DNA of 64,000 nt from Nannocystales bacterium (GTDB taxonomy: Bacteria > Myxococcota_A > Polyangia > Nannocystales > Nannocystaceae): NCBI GenBank assembly GCA_050633305.1, contig JBOEGF010000043.1:224001-288000 (forward strand), read 5' to 3'. Both the position numbers and the translations under genes were made by a program. Below, piece by piece: positions 23,963 to 33,746 of the stretch. The first letter of the stretch is position 1; each line of letters starts with the position of its first letter. The notes under the pieces were generated by a model. That model worked only from the letters and a program-made list of their open reading frames with translations. It had not been told where the DNA came from and searched no databases.

Positions 23963-25240
23963 ATGGACCCCCTCGAACAAAAGCGAAACGGATACTCACT
24001 GGCGGACTGCGCGGAGATCATGACCCGCATGAGCGCGCTCAAGACCGAGCTCGGCGAGCCCGGCTACCAGGCGCCATTCCAACAGTTCCTACGCTCCAAA
24101 GGTCTCACGGAGAACACGTGGGCGCAGGTCTGGAATGACTGGCATCAGGTCACCGAGAACGACCCCGCCTTGGGAGCCAAGTTCCACACCTATATGGGGC
24201 AGGTCCGCCAGCGGCAAATGATGGCCAACCAGCCCAACGTCGGCGGCGAGTCGATGGAGGGGTTGTCGTTGGAGTCGTACGCGAAGATCAGCGCGCAGAG
24301 CCAGACTGGAGCGGCTGTCGAGGGACTCGTGGCCGCAGAGGGGCTCACGATGGACCAATGGCTGGGGGCCCAGGCCGCGTGGGGACAGCGGATGGGCAAC
24401 TGCAGTCCAACCGACCCCGTCATGATTCAGTTCGGACAGCTCTACCAGAAGTGGTCTCCGAACCACCAAGCTTCGATGGAAGCTGCCACCGCGCGCCACC
24501 TCGAGGACGCTGCTGCCAGTCAGGGGCGCGGGGGCGGGATGTCCAAGGAACTGACCATGGACAACGCGGCGGAGTTCTTTGACAACGCGGACGTCCGGGT
24601 TCGGGCCCGTGGGGTCCGCGAGGCGATTCGCATCTGGGAACTCAGCTGGGACGCGCGGGACGAGCGGATGCACCACTGGACGCAGCGGGCGTACGATGAG
24701 GCGATTCGAATCCTGAGCCAGGGGGCGGGGGACGACCGCCCGGGGATGATGGCGCTCAACGCTGCGCCCGATACCATGGACATCCACACGTGGTCCAAGC
24801 TCGCCGACGATGAGGAGGCACAGCAAGGAACGAGCGACTTGGTGTACGGCGCGCTCAAGGACTTGGCTTCGGAGAAGTTCATGAGCCCGCAGCAGAACGA
24901 GGCCGCGATTCATGCCGTCCGTCAGGCGATCGCACGGCTCGAACCGCGGGCCCAGCGGGTGAACCAGATCTTTCCTCAGGCGACCGACGAGCTCAAGAAG
25001 GTCCAGCTTCGGTCCCTAGTCGACGACTACCGCGAGACGCTCTCGGACATGCAAGAGGCGCTGGGCGATTGGGACTACAGTGGCCCGGAGGCTGCCGCGG
25101 CGGTCGCGGCTGCGGCGGTGGTACCCGGCCACGCCGTAAGCGTCCCGTCCGTCGCAGTTCGGCCACCTTCGACGGGGATCCTCGGCGTCCTCAAGTCGCT
25201 CCCGCTCATCGGGACTCTGCTCCGTCTGCTGGGGATGTGA
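23963..25240 (+). CDS. Hypothetical protein with two N-terminal helical repeats (DUF6620-like)
   Basis: Repeated SL..xA.I..GLT...W......W...D pattern; start at MDPLEQ. Confidence 0.6.
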   Translation: MDPLEQKRNGYSLADCAEIMTRMSALKTELGEPGYQAPFQQFLRSKGLTENTWAQVWNDWHQVTENDPALGAKFHTYMGQVRQRQMMANQPNVGGESMEGLSLESYAKISAQSQTGAAVEGLVAAEGLTMDQWLGAQAAWGQRMGNCSPTDPVMIQFGQLYQKWSPNHQASMEAATARHLEDAAASQGRGGGMSKELTMDNAAEFFDNADVRVRARGVREAIRIWELSWDARDERMHHWTQRAYDEAIRILSQGAGDDRPGMMALNAAPDTMDIHTWSKLADDEEAQQGTSDLVYGALKDLASEKFMSPQQNEAAIHAVRQAIARLEPRAQRVNQIFPQATDELKKVQLRSLVDDYRETLSDMQEALGDWDYSGPEAAAAVAAAAVVPGHAVSVPSVAVRPPSTGILGVLKSLPLIGTLLRLLGM

Positions 25241-25271
25241 GCGCTCCGGGCCCCGAGCGATTCGGGGTCCG

Positions 25272-26399
25272 CTACTCGACGACGTCCACGTGGAACCACC
25301 ACCAGTCCACGCCGTTGCGGCCATCTCGTAGGACGTAGAACAGGGTCGCGCGCTCGCCGGGCGGCAGCGTGCCCTCATCGTCCTGTGCGCCGCGCTCCAA
25401 GGACCAGGAGTTCAGCGAGAGTGGGTCGTCACTGCTGCTGCTCAGCAGCGTGCCCCAGGTCGTGTACCAGAGTCCGGTGTACGCTTCGTCCTCCTCGACG
25501 TACCCGTCCTCGGTTGGGATGACGTACACCTGGAGGTCGTCTTCGGGGGCCTGGGTCTCGATGTCGAGTTCGTGGCCGGCCGCGACCGTGATGACGTCCC
25601 CACGCTCGACCTGAAACACCGCGACCTCATTTCCCGCTGCGTCGAGGTCTCGGACGACGAAGTTCTGGATTCGCGGGTGTGTATCGGGATCAGGCTGGGT
25701 GTCCGGTGGCTCCGGGAGCCCGTCGAACTCAGGCAGGCCGAACTGCGCGGCCAGGTCGAGAAGCACGGAGTCTGGTCCCACCGGGACGCGGGATGTGACG
25801 TACAGACATCCAGACTCGAAGTTGGTTTCTCCGGCGAGGAGTTGCTCGACGCAGGTGTCGGTGTCGGCGCGGTCGGGCAGCTGCGCGACCATCGTCACTT
25901 CGATATCGCCACCGATGAGGTACCCGATGTCGAACGGGATCGTGAACTCCGGTTGGGACGCCGTCCCCGCGGTGAGCTCGCAGGGGCTCGGAAAGGTCGG
26001 GAACTCATCCGCATCGGGGTCGAGCGATGCAAGGTCAACTGGGGGGCACTCGGGGAGCTCAGAGGGGCTCAGCGGAGCGGCGGCGGCGAGGCAGCTCCCC
26101 AGGCCCTCGATGGGAGCGAGGTTGCACACCAGCCAGCGTGGCTGCAGTTCGTCCTCGATTCGTTGCAGTTCGAACGGACCGTCGACGTCGGCGATGAAGG
26201 GGTACATGCGGACGTTGTCGAACGGGAGCCCCTCGGTACGGACGGGTTCACCATCGGCGGCGTCGGCATCTTCGATCTCGACGCGGATCGCCAACGGGCG
26301 GACGCCGGCGATACGCTCCTCGAGCGGGAGGTCCATGCCGCACGCGGCGGTGACCGAGGCCGTGGCCAGGGCTGCGACGAGGGGGCGGAGGCGGGGCAT
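25272..26399 (-). CDS. Lipoprotein coupled to the TonB-dependent receptor
   Basis: MPRLRPLVAALATASVTAAC lipobox; C-terminal YVLRDGRNGVDW; TGATG overlap with the receptor stop. Confidence 0.75.
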   Translation of the reverse strand: MPRLRPLVAALATASVTAACGMDLPLEERIAGVRPLAIRVEIEDADAADGEPVRTEGLPFDNVRMYPFIADVDGPFELQRIEDELQPRWLVCNLAPIEGLGSCLAAAAPLSPSELPECPPVDLASLDPDADEFPTFPSPCELTAGTASQPEFTIPFDIGYLIGGDIEVTMVAQLPDRADTDTCVEQLLAGETNFESGCLYVTSRVPVGPDSVLLDLAAQFGLPEFDGLPEPPDTQPDPDTHPRIQNFVVRDLDAAGNEVAVFQVERGDVITVAAGHELDIETQAPEDDLQVYVIPTEDGYVEEDEAYTGLWYTTWGTLLSSSSDDPLSLNSWSLERGAQDDEGTLPPGERATLFYVLRDGRNGVDWWWFHVDVVE

Positions 26400-29167
26400 C
26401 AGAACTCGATCTTGGTCCCGACCGAAGGAATGATCGGAAGGCTGGCGATCTGCGACCGCTGGTTGAAATCGAAGGAGTAGTTCCAGAACTCGGTGTTCTG
26501 AGCGTTGTAGACGTTTTGGACGTCGAGGTAGAGGGTGAGGCTGGCGAGCTTCCAGATCCACGCTTTGTCGACGCGGATGTCGGCTTGGTGGAAGACCGGG
26601 AATCGTTCGCTGTTCGTCGCCCCTAAGGTCTCCACGTAGTAGCCGCCTGCCGCGTCGTACTGACTGCCCACAACCGGTGTGCTCGGGTTGCCGGACACCA
26701 ACCGGAATCGGGCTCCGACGGTCCAGTTCTTCGGCAGCTTGTAGGACCCGATCAGCGTGAGGATATGGGTCTGATCGAAGTCGAAGACGGCGTAGGGGTC
26801 GGACGACGAGTCGCGGCGCTCGCTCCGGCTGAGCGTGTAGGCGATCCACCCGAACACGTTGCCCGTGAGCTGCTTGCGCGCGAGCAGCTCGAGTCCGTAG
26901 ACGCGGCCCACCCGCGAGTTGGCGAAGTTCTCCGGTCCAACCGTACCGTTGGGGCGCCGGACGGTTTCGGGGGATTGGCCGACGTTGTCCCAGAGGTAGT
27001 TGTAGAAGGCCGTCGCGTCGACCTCGATGCCGTAGTCAAACTCCTGGGTCACCCCGAGGCTGTTTTGGACCGCGCGCTCTGGGCCGAGCCGGGGGTTGCC
27101 GAACGCCGCGCTCGACTCGACCGGTTGTGGGGCCTGGGAGTAGATCCCGGTGCCGCCCTTGAGCGTGGTGCGTTCCGCAACCTGCCATCCGAACCGCAGC
27201 CGGGGATCGACCGTGGCGGTGTAGTAGGGCGATGCGTAGTACGCGAAACGAACCCCTGGGTAGAACGTGAAGTCTTCCGAAATGCCGATCTCACCGGTGG
27301 TGTAAAGGGCCGGGATCGCGGTGTAGTCGTTGATGTTGACGTCGAACGCGCCGGTCGTGGACCCGCCGTTGCTGTCGGGCAGCGGAGGCGCTTTGACGTC
27401 GACGTCGAAGAGGAACGACTGGAATTCGGTTCCGAACGTGATCGCGTGCCGCTTGGTGAGTTGGGCTCTTGCCTCGGCGCGACCGTTGAAGTTGTGCACC
27501 TTCAGCCCAAACGACAGGAACTCGCCGATGCCGAGATCGAAATAGTCGTAGCGGTAGCTAGGGCTGACCAAGAACGACCACGGCCCTTGCTTCTTTGTAT
27601 ACGCGATGTCGGCGCGGTGGAAGTACTGCGTCGTCTCGAACTGGTTGCGCTGATCGGGCTCTACGTCGTTCGGGTTGGCTGCCACGACCTTGGTGCGGTC
27701 GTCGGAGCCGAAGCCGCGGATACTGAAGTTCCCCCCTGCAAGGGGGTAGTCGAACAGCACCTGGTAGTCGTAGTACCGGGGCGCGATGGTGAGATCGAGT
27801 CCGGCGTCGTCGGGCAGGAAGACGGGCAGGAGCGCATCGATGTAGCTGCGTCGTCCCGACACCGCGAAGGAGCCCTTGCCGACGGGCCCCTCGAACAGGA
27901 TGCCGGTGTCGAAGACGTCGGAGTCGAGGTAGCCGTGATAGCCATCGCGCCGGCCCCGGCGGGGGGTGACGTTGATGATGCCCCCGATGGCGTCTCCGTA
28001 GCGGGAATCGTAGTTGCCCGGGATGAAGTCGATCTGCTCGATGATGTCGGAGTTGAAGACCGACGTCAGACCGCCGAAGTGAAACAGCGTGGGGATCTCG
28101 TGGTAGCCGAGATAGACCGCGGAGTCGTTGGGTCCGGTACCGCGAATCGCCAGGAGCCCGGCGCCGAACGGCGCTCGGGCCACGCCTGGGAAGTTCTGGA
28201 TGGCCTTGAGGGCGTCGCCCTGGGTGCCCGGGAGTACGTTGATCTCTGCCGCCGTGATCGTGCGGCGGGCGACCTCTTCGCGGCGGTTCTTCACCTCGAC
28301 GACGGTGCGGAACGGGTTCGTCGGGGAGCGGGAGACGTAGTACTTGACCTCGATCTGCATGCCCTCATAGAGGGCCTCGACGAACTCGATGCGCTCGAAC
28401 CCGGGGGCGAGCACGATGACCTTGGCCTTGCCGTCGCCCGTTCCGCGGATCTCGAAGGCGCCGGTCTCATCGCTGACGCCCTGCGTCTGCCATGCAGGCT
28501 CCTGGAGTGCCGCGTAGTCTTTCTTTTCGATCTCCCCGAGCTCCGCGTCCGCGTTGGCCGGGATGACCACGATGGTCGCCCCGACGATGGGCGTGCGCTG
28601 GCCAGCCTCGAGCACGACACCGCGGATGCGCACCGGTCCGTCGGCGTCGGGAGTCTCGGGTGAGGCCGCATCGGGTTCTTCCGCCAGTTCACCGGCGGGC
28701 TCCGGTTGGGGCTCAGCGTCGGGCGTGACGGGTGGAGTGGGTTCGGGAATGGGTTCGGGCGGCGGAGGCGGGGCAAAGTCGATGCCCAGCCTCGTCACGA
28801 TCTCCACGGGCTTGCCGTCGAGGGTCGCGGCATTCCACCGGAGCTTCTCGACCGCGCTCACCGCCAACGCATCGAGCGTGGGGTGAATGCTGGTCTCGAC
28901 CTCGAGGTTCTTGGGGATGCCGTCGGTCCCGATGGTCAGCTTGACGACGACTTGTCCCGCGGGCGGGTCTGGTTCGTCAGCCAACGCGTCGGGGTACTCG
29001 ACCGTGACGCTGTTGGTCAGCTCGGGGGGAACGAGACCCTCGGGCTGCGCGAGGGTGGCAGCGACGAGCCCCGGCAACCCGGCCTCAGCCTGGATCGGGG
29101 TGAGGCTCGAAGTCGCGCCGGCGAGCGCGGCCACAAAGAGGGCCCTGCGGTGATGGCGGTGTCGCAT
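26399..29167 (-). CDS. TonB-dependent receptor with N-terminal TonB C-terminal-like domain
   Basis: VEYP..GQVVVKLTIGTDG..LDALAVSAVEKLRW.AA (TonB-C), Ig-like domain, plug (PGVAR..IRG..FHFGGL..SRYG), barrel ending in Phe. Confidence 0.9.
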   Translation of the reverse strand: MRHRHHRRALFVAALAGATSSLTPIQAEAGLPGLVAATLAQPEGLVPPELTNSVTVEYPDALADEPDPPAGQVVVKLTIGTDGIPKNLEVETSIHPTLDALAVSAVEKLRWNAATLDGKPVEIVTRLGIDFAPPPPPEPIPEPTPPVTPDAEPQPEPAGELAEEPDAASPETPDADGPVRIRGVVLEAGQRTPIVGATIVVIPANADAELGEIEKKDYAALQEPAWQTQGVSDETGAFEIRGTGDGKAKVIVLAPGFERIEFVEALYEGMQIEVKYYVSRSPTNPFRTVVEVKNRREEVARRTITAAEINVLPGTQGDALKAIQNFPGVARAPFGAGLLAIRGTGPNDSAVYLGYHEIPTLFHFGGLTSVFNSDIIEQIDFIPGNYDSRYGDAIGGIINVTPRRGRRDGYHGYLDSDVFDTGILFEGPVGKGSFAVSGRRSYIDALLPVFLPDDAGLDLTIAPRYYDYQVLFDYPLAGGNFSIRGFGSDDRTKVVAANPNDVEPDQRNQFETTQYFHRADIAYTKKQGPWSFLVSPSYRYDYFDLGIGEFLSFGLKVHNFNGRAEARAQLTKRHAITFGTEFQSFLFDVDVKAPPLPDSNGGSTTGAFDVNINDYTAIPALYTTGEIGISEDFTFYPGVRFAYYASPYYTATVDPRLRFGWQVAERTTLKGGTGIYSQAPQPVESSAAFGNPRLGPERAVQNSLGVTQEFDYGIEVDATAFYNYLWDNVGQSPETVRRPNGTVGPENFANSRVGRVYGLELLARKQLTGNVFGWIAYTLSRSERRDSSSDPYAVFDFDQTHILTLIGSYKLPKNWTVGARFRLVSGNPSTPVVGSQYDAAGGYYVETLGATNSERFPVFHQADIRVDKAWIWKLASLTLYLDVQNVYNAQNTEFWNYSFDFNQRSQIASLPIIPSVGTKIEF

Positions 29168-29304
29168 CCGAAGCGCGGGGCGACTATGAAGCACGGATGG
29201 CGCCGTGTCGATTGAACCCGTTGTTTCGCGTGTTTGGGCGCACATGCTCCATGCGGATCTGGCGCTACTTGTCGTCGGTGAGAGCGAGGCGTACATAGCC
29301 GCCC

Positions 29305-30108
29305 ATGGCTCGGCTCACTCGCTTGTCTTTCCTTCTCGTCCTGCCCGCACTCGCGTTGGGCTGTCCCCTCGACAACGAGGAAGACACGGACACCGTCGCG
29401 GAGACCTCCGACGACGACACTGCGTCCAGCACTGGGGAGAACACCACGGCCGGAACCGAGGGGCCGGCGACCGGCGATCCCACCGGCGATCCCACCGGCA
29501 ACACGGAAGGTCCGACGACCGACCCCTCCGGAACCGACGGCAGTGGGGAGAACACGGACGAGCTGTGCTCAGACGGCGTCGACAACGACGGCAACGGCTT
29601 CACCGACTGTGATGACTTCGAGTGCTCGGCGGACAACGGTGTCAGCGTGTGCTCGGCCGGCGGTGGCGAGAACACCGACGAACTCTGCGCGGACGGCATG
29701 GACAACGACGACGACGGGTTTGTCGACTGCGAAGACTTCGACTGCACCAACCTCGACAGTGGCGTCACGGTTTGTCTCGACCTCTGCCCCGAGCAGGGCC
29801 CCGAGGACAACAAAGCAGCGTGTAGCGACGGTTGTGACAACGACGCCGATGGCTTTGCCGACTGCGACGACTTCGACTGCTCTGGGATCGGCGAGTGCGG
29901 CGAGACCACCGATGAGGAATGCGCCGACGGGAAGGACAACGACGGCAACGGCTTCACCGATTGCCTAGACTTCGGTTGTGCCACCGCCCCCAACTGCGAG
30001 ACGGGCGATGAGGTGTGCAGCGACAAGATGGACAACGATGGCGACGGCTTCATCGACTGCGAAGACTTCGGCTGCCAGGGACCTGACGTCACCGTCTGCC
30101 CCAAGTAG
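29305..30108 (+). CDS. Lipoprotein with five Cys/Asp-rich repeats (CxDGxDNDxxGFxDCxDFxC)
   Basis: LALGC lipobox; five copies counted in the translation. Confidence 0.85.
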   Translation: MARLTRLSFLLVLPALALGCPLDNEEDTDTVAETSDDDTASSTGENTTAGTEGPATGDPTGDPTGNTEGPTTDPSGTDGSGENTDELCSDGVDNDGNGFTDCDDFECSADNGVSVCSAGGGENTDELCADGMDNDDDGFVDCEDFDCTNLDSGVTVCLDLCPEQGPEDNKAACSDGCDNDADGFADCDDFDCSGIGECGETTDEECADGKDNDGNGFTDCLDFGCATAPNCETGDEVCSDKMDNDGDGFIDCEDFGCQGPDVTVCPK

Positions 30109-30201
30109 GCTCTCGTGAGGCTCGCGGGCGGCGTGCCCGAGGCGACCCCAAGGTCGTCTCGTGCCCCGTCCGCGTTTTCTTTGGTTGACGGCTTGTCGCC
30201 G

Positions 30202-31011
30202 CTAGGACAGACGGTCGAGGGCGGCTCGTGCTGCGTCGAACTCGTCCTGCGCCGCAGCCACACGGGCCTGGGTCCTGACCCGTGTCGCAGTGGCTTCGGC
30301 CACACTGCGCTGCGCTCGCGCCAACGCTCCCTGAGCGTCTTCAACGGCCAGCTCGGCGGCCTTGAGCACGCAGCGGGCGTCGCTGAGCTCGGCTTCCGCC
30401 CGATCTCGGGCACGCTCCGCGGATGCGCGCCGTGTTGCGTGAGCGGTCCGAAGGGCCGAGGCCGGCGCCGCAAATTGCTGGACCTGACCGAAGCCGGGCG
30501 GGGCAAGGTCGCCGTGCAGGCGCCCGAGGGTCGCGGCGGGTCCAAAGCTTCCGCCGGCCGCGCTCGCTTCGAGGCTTTGTGTGATCCGGCGCATCATCGA
30601 GATCGAGGTTGCGTGGCCCGCTTCGACGAGCACCTGCTCGGCCGTGTTCCGAAGCGCGAGGATGGCAGCCCGCCGGGCGTCGTTGGCCGGCTGACCCGCG
30701 ACCGACACGGCCTGCCGCTGGAGGGCCGCGAGTTCGGCTCCTGCCGCGTGAAGCGCGTCGTAGGCCTCGCGATGACTCCACCACAGCTGGTTGACCACCC
30801 ACGCCGATACGCTCGGTTTCGAGAGCGCACGAACGGACTCCGAGAGCGCGCGCTTCCCTGCTTCGAGGAGCCGGCGGGCCAACGCGTTCCTGCCCTTGAT
30901 GAAGTCCTCGCGGGGTCCGCGGTAGAGGTCGTCGATGGCGGCGTTGGTGGCGTCGTCGTGGGGAGGTGGATCGGAAGTCACGTACTCCTGCCGCAGTTGG
31001 GACTCCAGCAT
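30202..31011 (-). CDS. Hypothetical helical/coiled-coil protein
   Basis: LYRGPREDF..RNALA..KPSVSAWVVNQL looks conserved; C-terminal coiled coil. Confidence 0.7.
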   Translation of the reverse strand: MLESQLRQEYVTSDPPPHDDATNAAIDDLYRGPREDFIKGRNALARRLLEAGKRALSESVRALSKPSVSAWVVNQLWWSHREAYDALHAAGAELAALQRQAVSVAGQPANDARRAAILALRNTAEQVLVEAGHATSISMMRRITQSLEASAAGGSFGPAATLGRLHGDLAPPGFGQVQQFAAPASALRTAHATRRASAERARDRAEAELSDARCVLKAAELAVEDAQGALARAQRSVAEATATRVRTQARVAAAQDEFDAARAALDRLS

Positions 31012-31082
31012 ACGCCGCGCGGGCTGCTATGGTCCGCGGGTCGTGAAAGCATCGGCCGCACGGGCCGTTGAACTCCAAGACC

Positions 31083-31625
31083 ATGCGCACGCCGCCTCCC
31101 GCTCAACCGCCTCTGTGGCGTTCGCTGTTACTCGGTGCCGCCGCAGCGGTCAGCGTCGGCGTCATCTTGGTTTGGCTGATGCAGGACCCGCCGGCGCCCG
31201 ATGCCGTCCCCGAGGGCATGGTGGCCGACGAGGACGGCAGCCTTGTGGATCGCAAGGTCCGCTTCGAGGCCGACCGGGACTCCCGACGCCGAGCGGCCCT
31301 TCCCAGAACCGGCGCCTCGCTGATCCTCAAGACCTTCGAAGGCGCGGGGCCCGGAGTCGTTCCCGTCTCCGACTTGCAGAATGCTCGGGAAGGGTTCGAA
31401 GCCGTGATCGCGGAGATCGAGCTCAAGGCGGAGCGCCCCCGGGCCCTCAAGCAGCGGGAGTGGCGCGAGTACTACCGTGCGGCCAACGATGCCTTCGCTG
31501 CGCTGTCGACCCAACTCGATGGCAAGAACCCGAAGCAGGCCAAGGAGCTTGAAGAGGCGCACACCAAGTTGGTGACCGCCCTGTCGATCGTCCGGGTTCG
31601 GGGCGGCAAGTTCCGGATTCACTAG
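31083..31625 (+). CDS. Hypothetical single-TM protein
   Basis: N-terminal TM followed by a helical domain; host-like codon usage. Confidence 0.65.
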   Translation: MRTPPPAQPPLWRSLLLGAAAAVSVGVILVWLMQDPPAPDAVPEGMVADEDGSLVDRKVRFEADRDSRRRAALPRTGASLILKTFEGAGPGVVPVSDLQNAREGFEAVIAEIELKAERPRALKQREWREYYRAANDAFAALSTQLDGKNPKQAKELEEAHTKLVTALSIVRVRGGKFRIH

Positions 31626-31832
31626 GGGCCGTCCCCAATTCGGTGGAATGGTCAGAGGGGTGTCAGCAGAGTCCAGGCCAAGGCACGAAGAGGGCGTTTG
31701 TCGGGCACAAGCAACCGATGAGGAACGACGGCATGGGCTCTGGGGGCGCCGCTATGGCCGTTTCATCGAATTGGGGACGGCCCCTAGGCCATTCTCCGCT
31801 CGGGCCCGATGAGCCCGGGGTATGTTCGCTGC

Positions 31833-32717
31833 GTGCGTCGTCGCGACACGATCGTGGGGCTGGGTGCAGCGTTGCTGGTGCCCGGGTGCGCCTCGAACTC
31901 GAACAACGATAAGGATGAGTTCGCGGGGATAGGCCAGGTCGGGAACTCTTCCGAGCCGCCGCCCGGTGTGTTTCGGCCCCTTGTCGAAGGGGACCTCGCC
32001 GGGATCCAGACCCGCGGCGCCATGTTGTTCAATCTGCAGCGCGCGCTCCGACTGGGCTTCGAACACGGGGCGCAGTCGGTCGGCACCGCCGAGGGGGACA
32101 TCATTTTGCCGCTGGTCGATGTCGATCCCGGCGGTCGTTCGGCCCAAGCTCTGTTTGTCCGGTGGAGCCCGGACCGGGTGGGGGTCGACGGCAACTTGCA
32201 CCCCAAGTACGCCAAGCGTTGGCTGCTGGTCTCCTTGATGCTCGAGCCAGAACGGGTGCTCGATCGAGAGTTGCTCGCCGGTGACGTCGGCGAGGACACT
32301 GTCGAGTTCCACCGAATTGCCGCCATGCTCGCCGCCGCCAAGGCGCTGCAGTCTCGCGCGCCCGACACATCATTCCATCTGTTCACCGTCGCGGAGCTGG
32401 CCCCGTCCAAGAACCGGCGGCACTCTGCGATCATCGCCACGCGCGTCTACGCGATGGGCGTCGCGGAGGACGGCCCGGATTACGAGGTCCTCGTGGATGA
32501 GGCCAAGAAGTCCAAGATCCCCGGTGTGCTCGGGGTCTCCGAGGTCCATGCTCCTGGCGCAATCACCGGAAGCCAGATCCGCGTCCAGGGGCCTCAGCCT
32601 GCGCCCGCGTCGGTGGCTCGCGTGATGGGCCGAGGCACCTCGGGCCCGGCCGAAGTTGAGTCGGCTTCCGGCCTTTGGCTCGTCGATGGGCGCACCGGCC
32701 TCGTCACGCGGCCCTGA
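31833..32717 (+). CDS. Hypothetical lipoprotein
   Basis: RRR..GLGAALLVPGC signal/lipobox; GTG 6 nt after TATGTT. Confidence 0.65.
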   Translation: MRRRDTIVGLGAALLVPGCASNSNNDKDEFAGIGQVGNSSEPPPGVFRPLVEGDLAGIQTRGAMLFNLQRALRLGFEHGAQSVGTAEGDIILPLVDVDPGGRSAQALFVRWSPDRVGVDGNLHPKYAKRWLLVSLMLEPERVLDRELLAGDVGEDTVEFHRIAAMLAAAKALQSRAPDTSFHLFTVAELAPSKNRRHSAIIATRVYAMGVAEDGPDYEVLVDEAKKSKIPGVLGVSEVHAPGAITGSQIRVQGPQPAPASVARVMGRGTSGPAEVESASGLWLVDGRTGLVTRP

Positions 32718-32788
32718 AGCGGACACGTTGGTGACGTTGGCGGTGCCGCGGGTGACGGGACGGGGCTCCGTGGGCTACGGTCAAGGCT

Positions 32789-33712
32789 CTGGCACAGGAC
32801 GAACCACGCCTCGTCGGCCCTGAATCGACCGCCGACCTGCCCGCAGGCACCGACATCACGTTCGGAAAGACCTTCCGTGTTCTCGAGCCGCTGGGCGAGG
32901 GAGGCATGGGCAAGGTCTTCAAGGCCTTCGACCCCTTCATGAACCGCTACGTCGCCCTCAAGGTGATGAAGCACGACGTGCCCGAGGGAGAGCAGCGACG
33001 CTTTCGGCTCGAGGCTCGGTTGTTGGGGAGCTTCACTCACCCCAACCTGGTGAGCGTGCTCGATGTGGGCACCATGAAGGAGCGCGGCCTGTACTGGTTC
33101 GCGATGGAGTTCCTCGAGGGCACCGACATTCGTGGTGCGATGGATCGAGGCCGAAGCGTACCGCTGCACGTGCTCTGCGAGATCTTTCGGCAGACACTCG
33201 ATGCGCTGCACTACATCCATCTGCGGGGCATCGCCCACCGCGACATCAAACCGGCCAACATCTACGTCTGCCGAGATCCACACGACCCTCAGCTCCGGCC
33301 GGTGAAGGTGTTGGACTTTGGCGTTGCGCGGGATCTCAAGGATGAGGCCCCGGAGGAGGGCGGCTGGATCCTGGGCGACCCTCGCTACATGCCGCCCGAG
33401 CAGACCAAGCCGAACCTCGACCTCGACCACCGTGCCGATGTGTACGCGCTGGGCATGACGTTCTACGAGGCGATCACCGGACACCACCCGTTCGAGGATC
33501 TGGTCGGTCAGCACCCCAAGCTCCTGCTTCGTGCCCAACGTGAGCGGGACCCGTTGCCGCCCAGTACGCTCTTGGGTCCCGACACTCCGCAGCAGACCGC
33601 CGACATCGTCGATGCTTTCTTTGCGCAGGCCTGCGCCAAGAACAAGGAGCACCGCTTCCACGATGCTCGCGCAATGCAGCACGCGATGACGGTACTGCTT
33701 CAGTACGCCTGA
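32789..33712 (+). CDS. Hanks-type Ser/Thr protein kinase (probable CTG start)
   Basis: LGEGGMGKVF, VALK, HRDIKPANI, DFG, YMPPEQ, DVYALG. The first ATG (32906) lies inside the Gly-rich loop, so the start must be upstream. Confidence 0.85.
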   Translation: MAQDEPRLVGPESTADLPAGTDITFGKTFRVLEPLGEGGMGKVFKAFDPFMNRYVALKVMKHDVPEGEQRRFRLEARLLGSFTHPNLVSVLDVGTMKERGLYWFAMEFLEGTDIRGAMDRGRSVPLHVLCEIFRQTLDALHYIHLRGIAHRDIKPANIYVCRDPHDPQLRPVKVLDFGVARDLKDEAPEEGGWILGDPRYMPPEQTKPNLDLDHRADVYALGMTFYEAITGHHPFEDLVGQHPKLLLRAQRERDPLPPSTLLGPDTPQQTADIVDAFFAQACAKNKEHRFHDARAMQHAMTVLLQYA

Positions 33713-33746
33713 GCGCGGCTGTGTCTTGTCCTGCAGGCGCGAGGGC

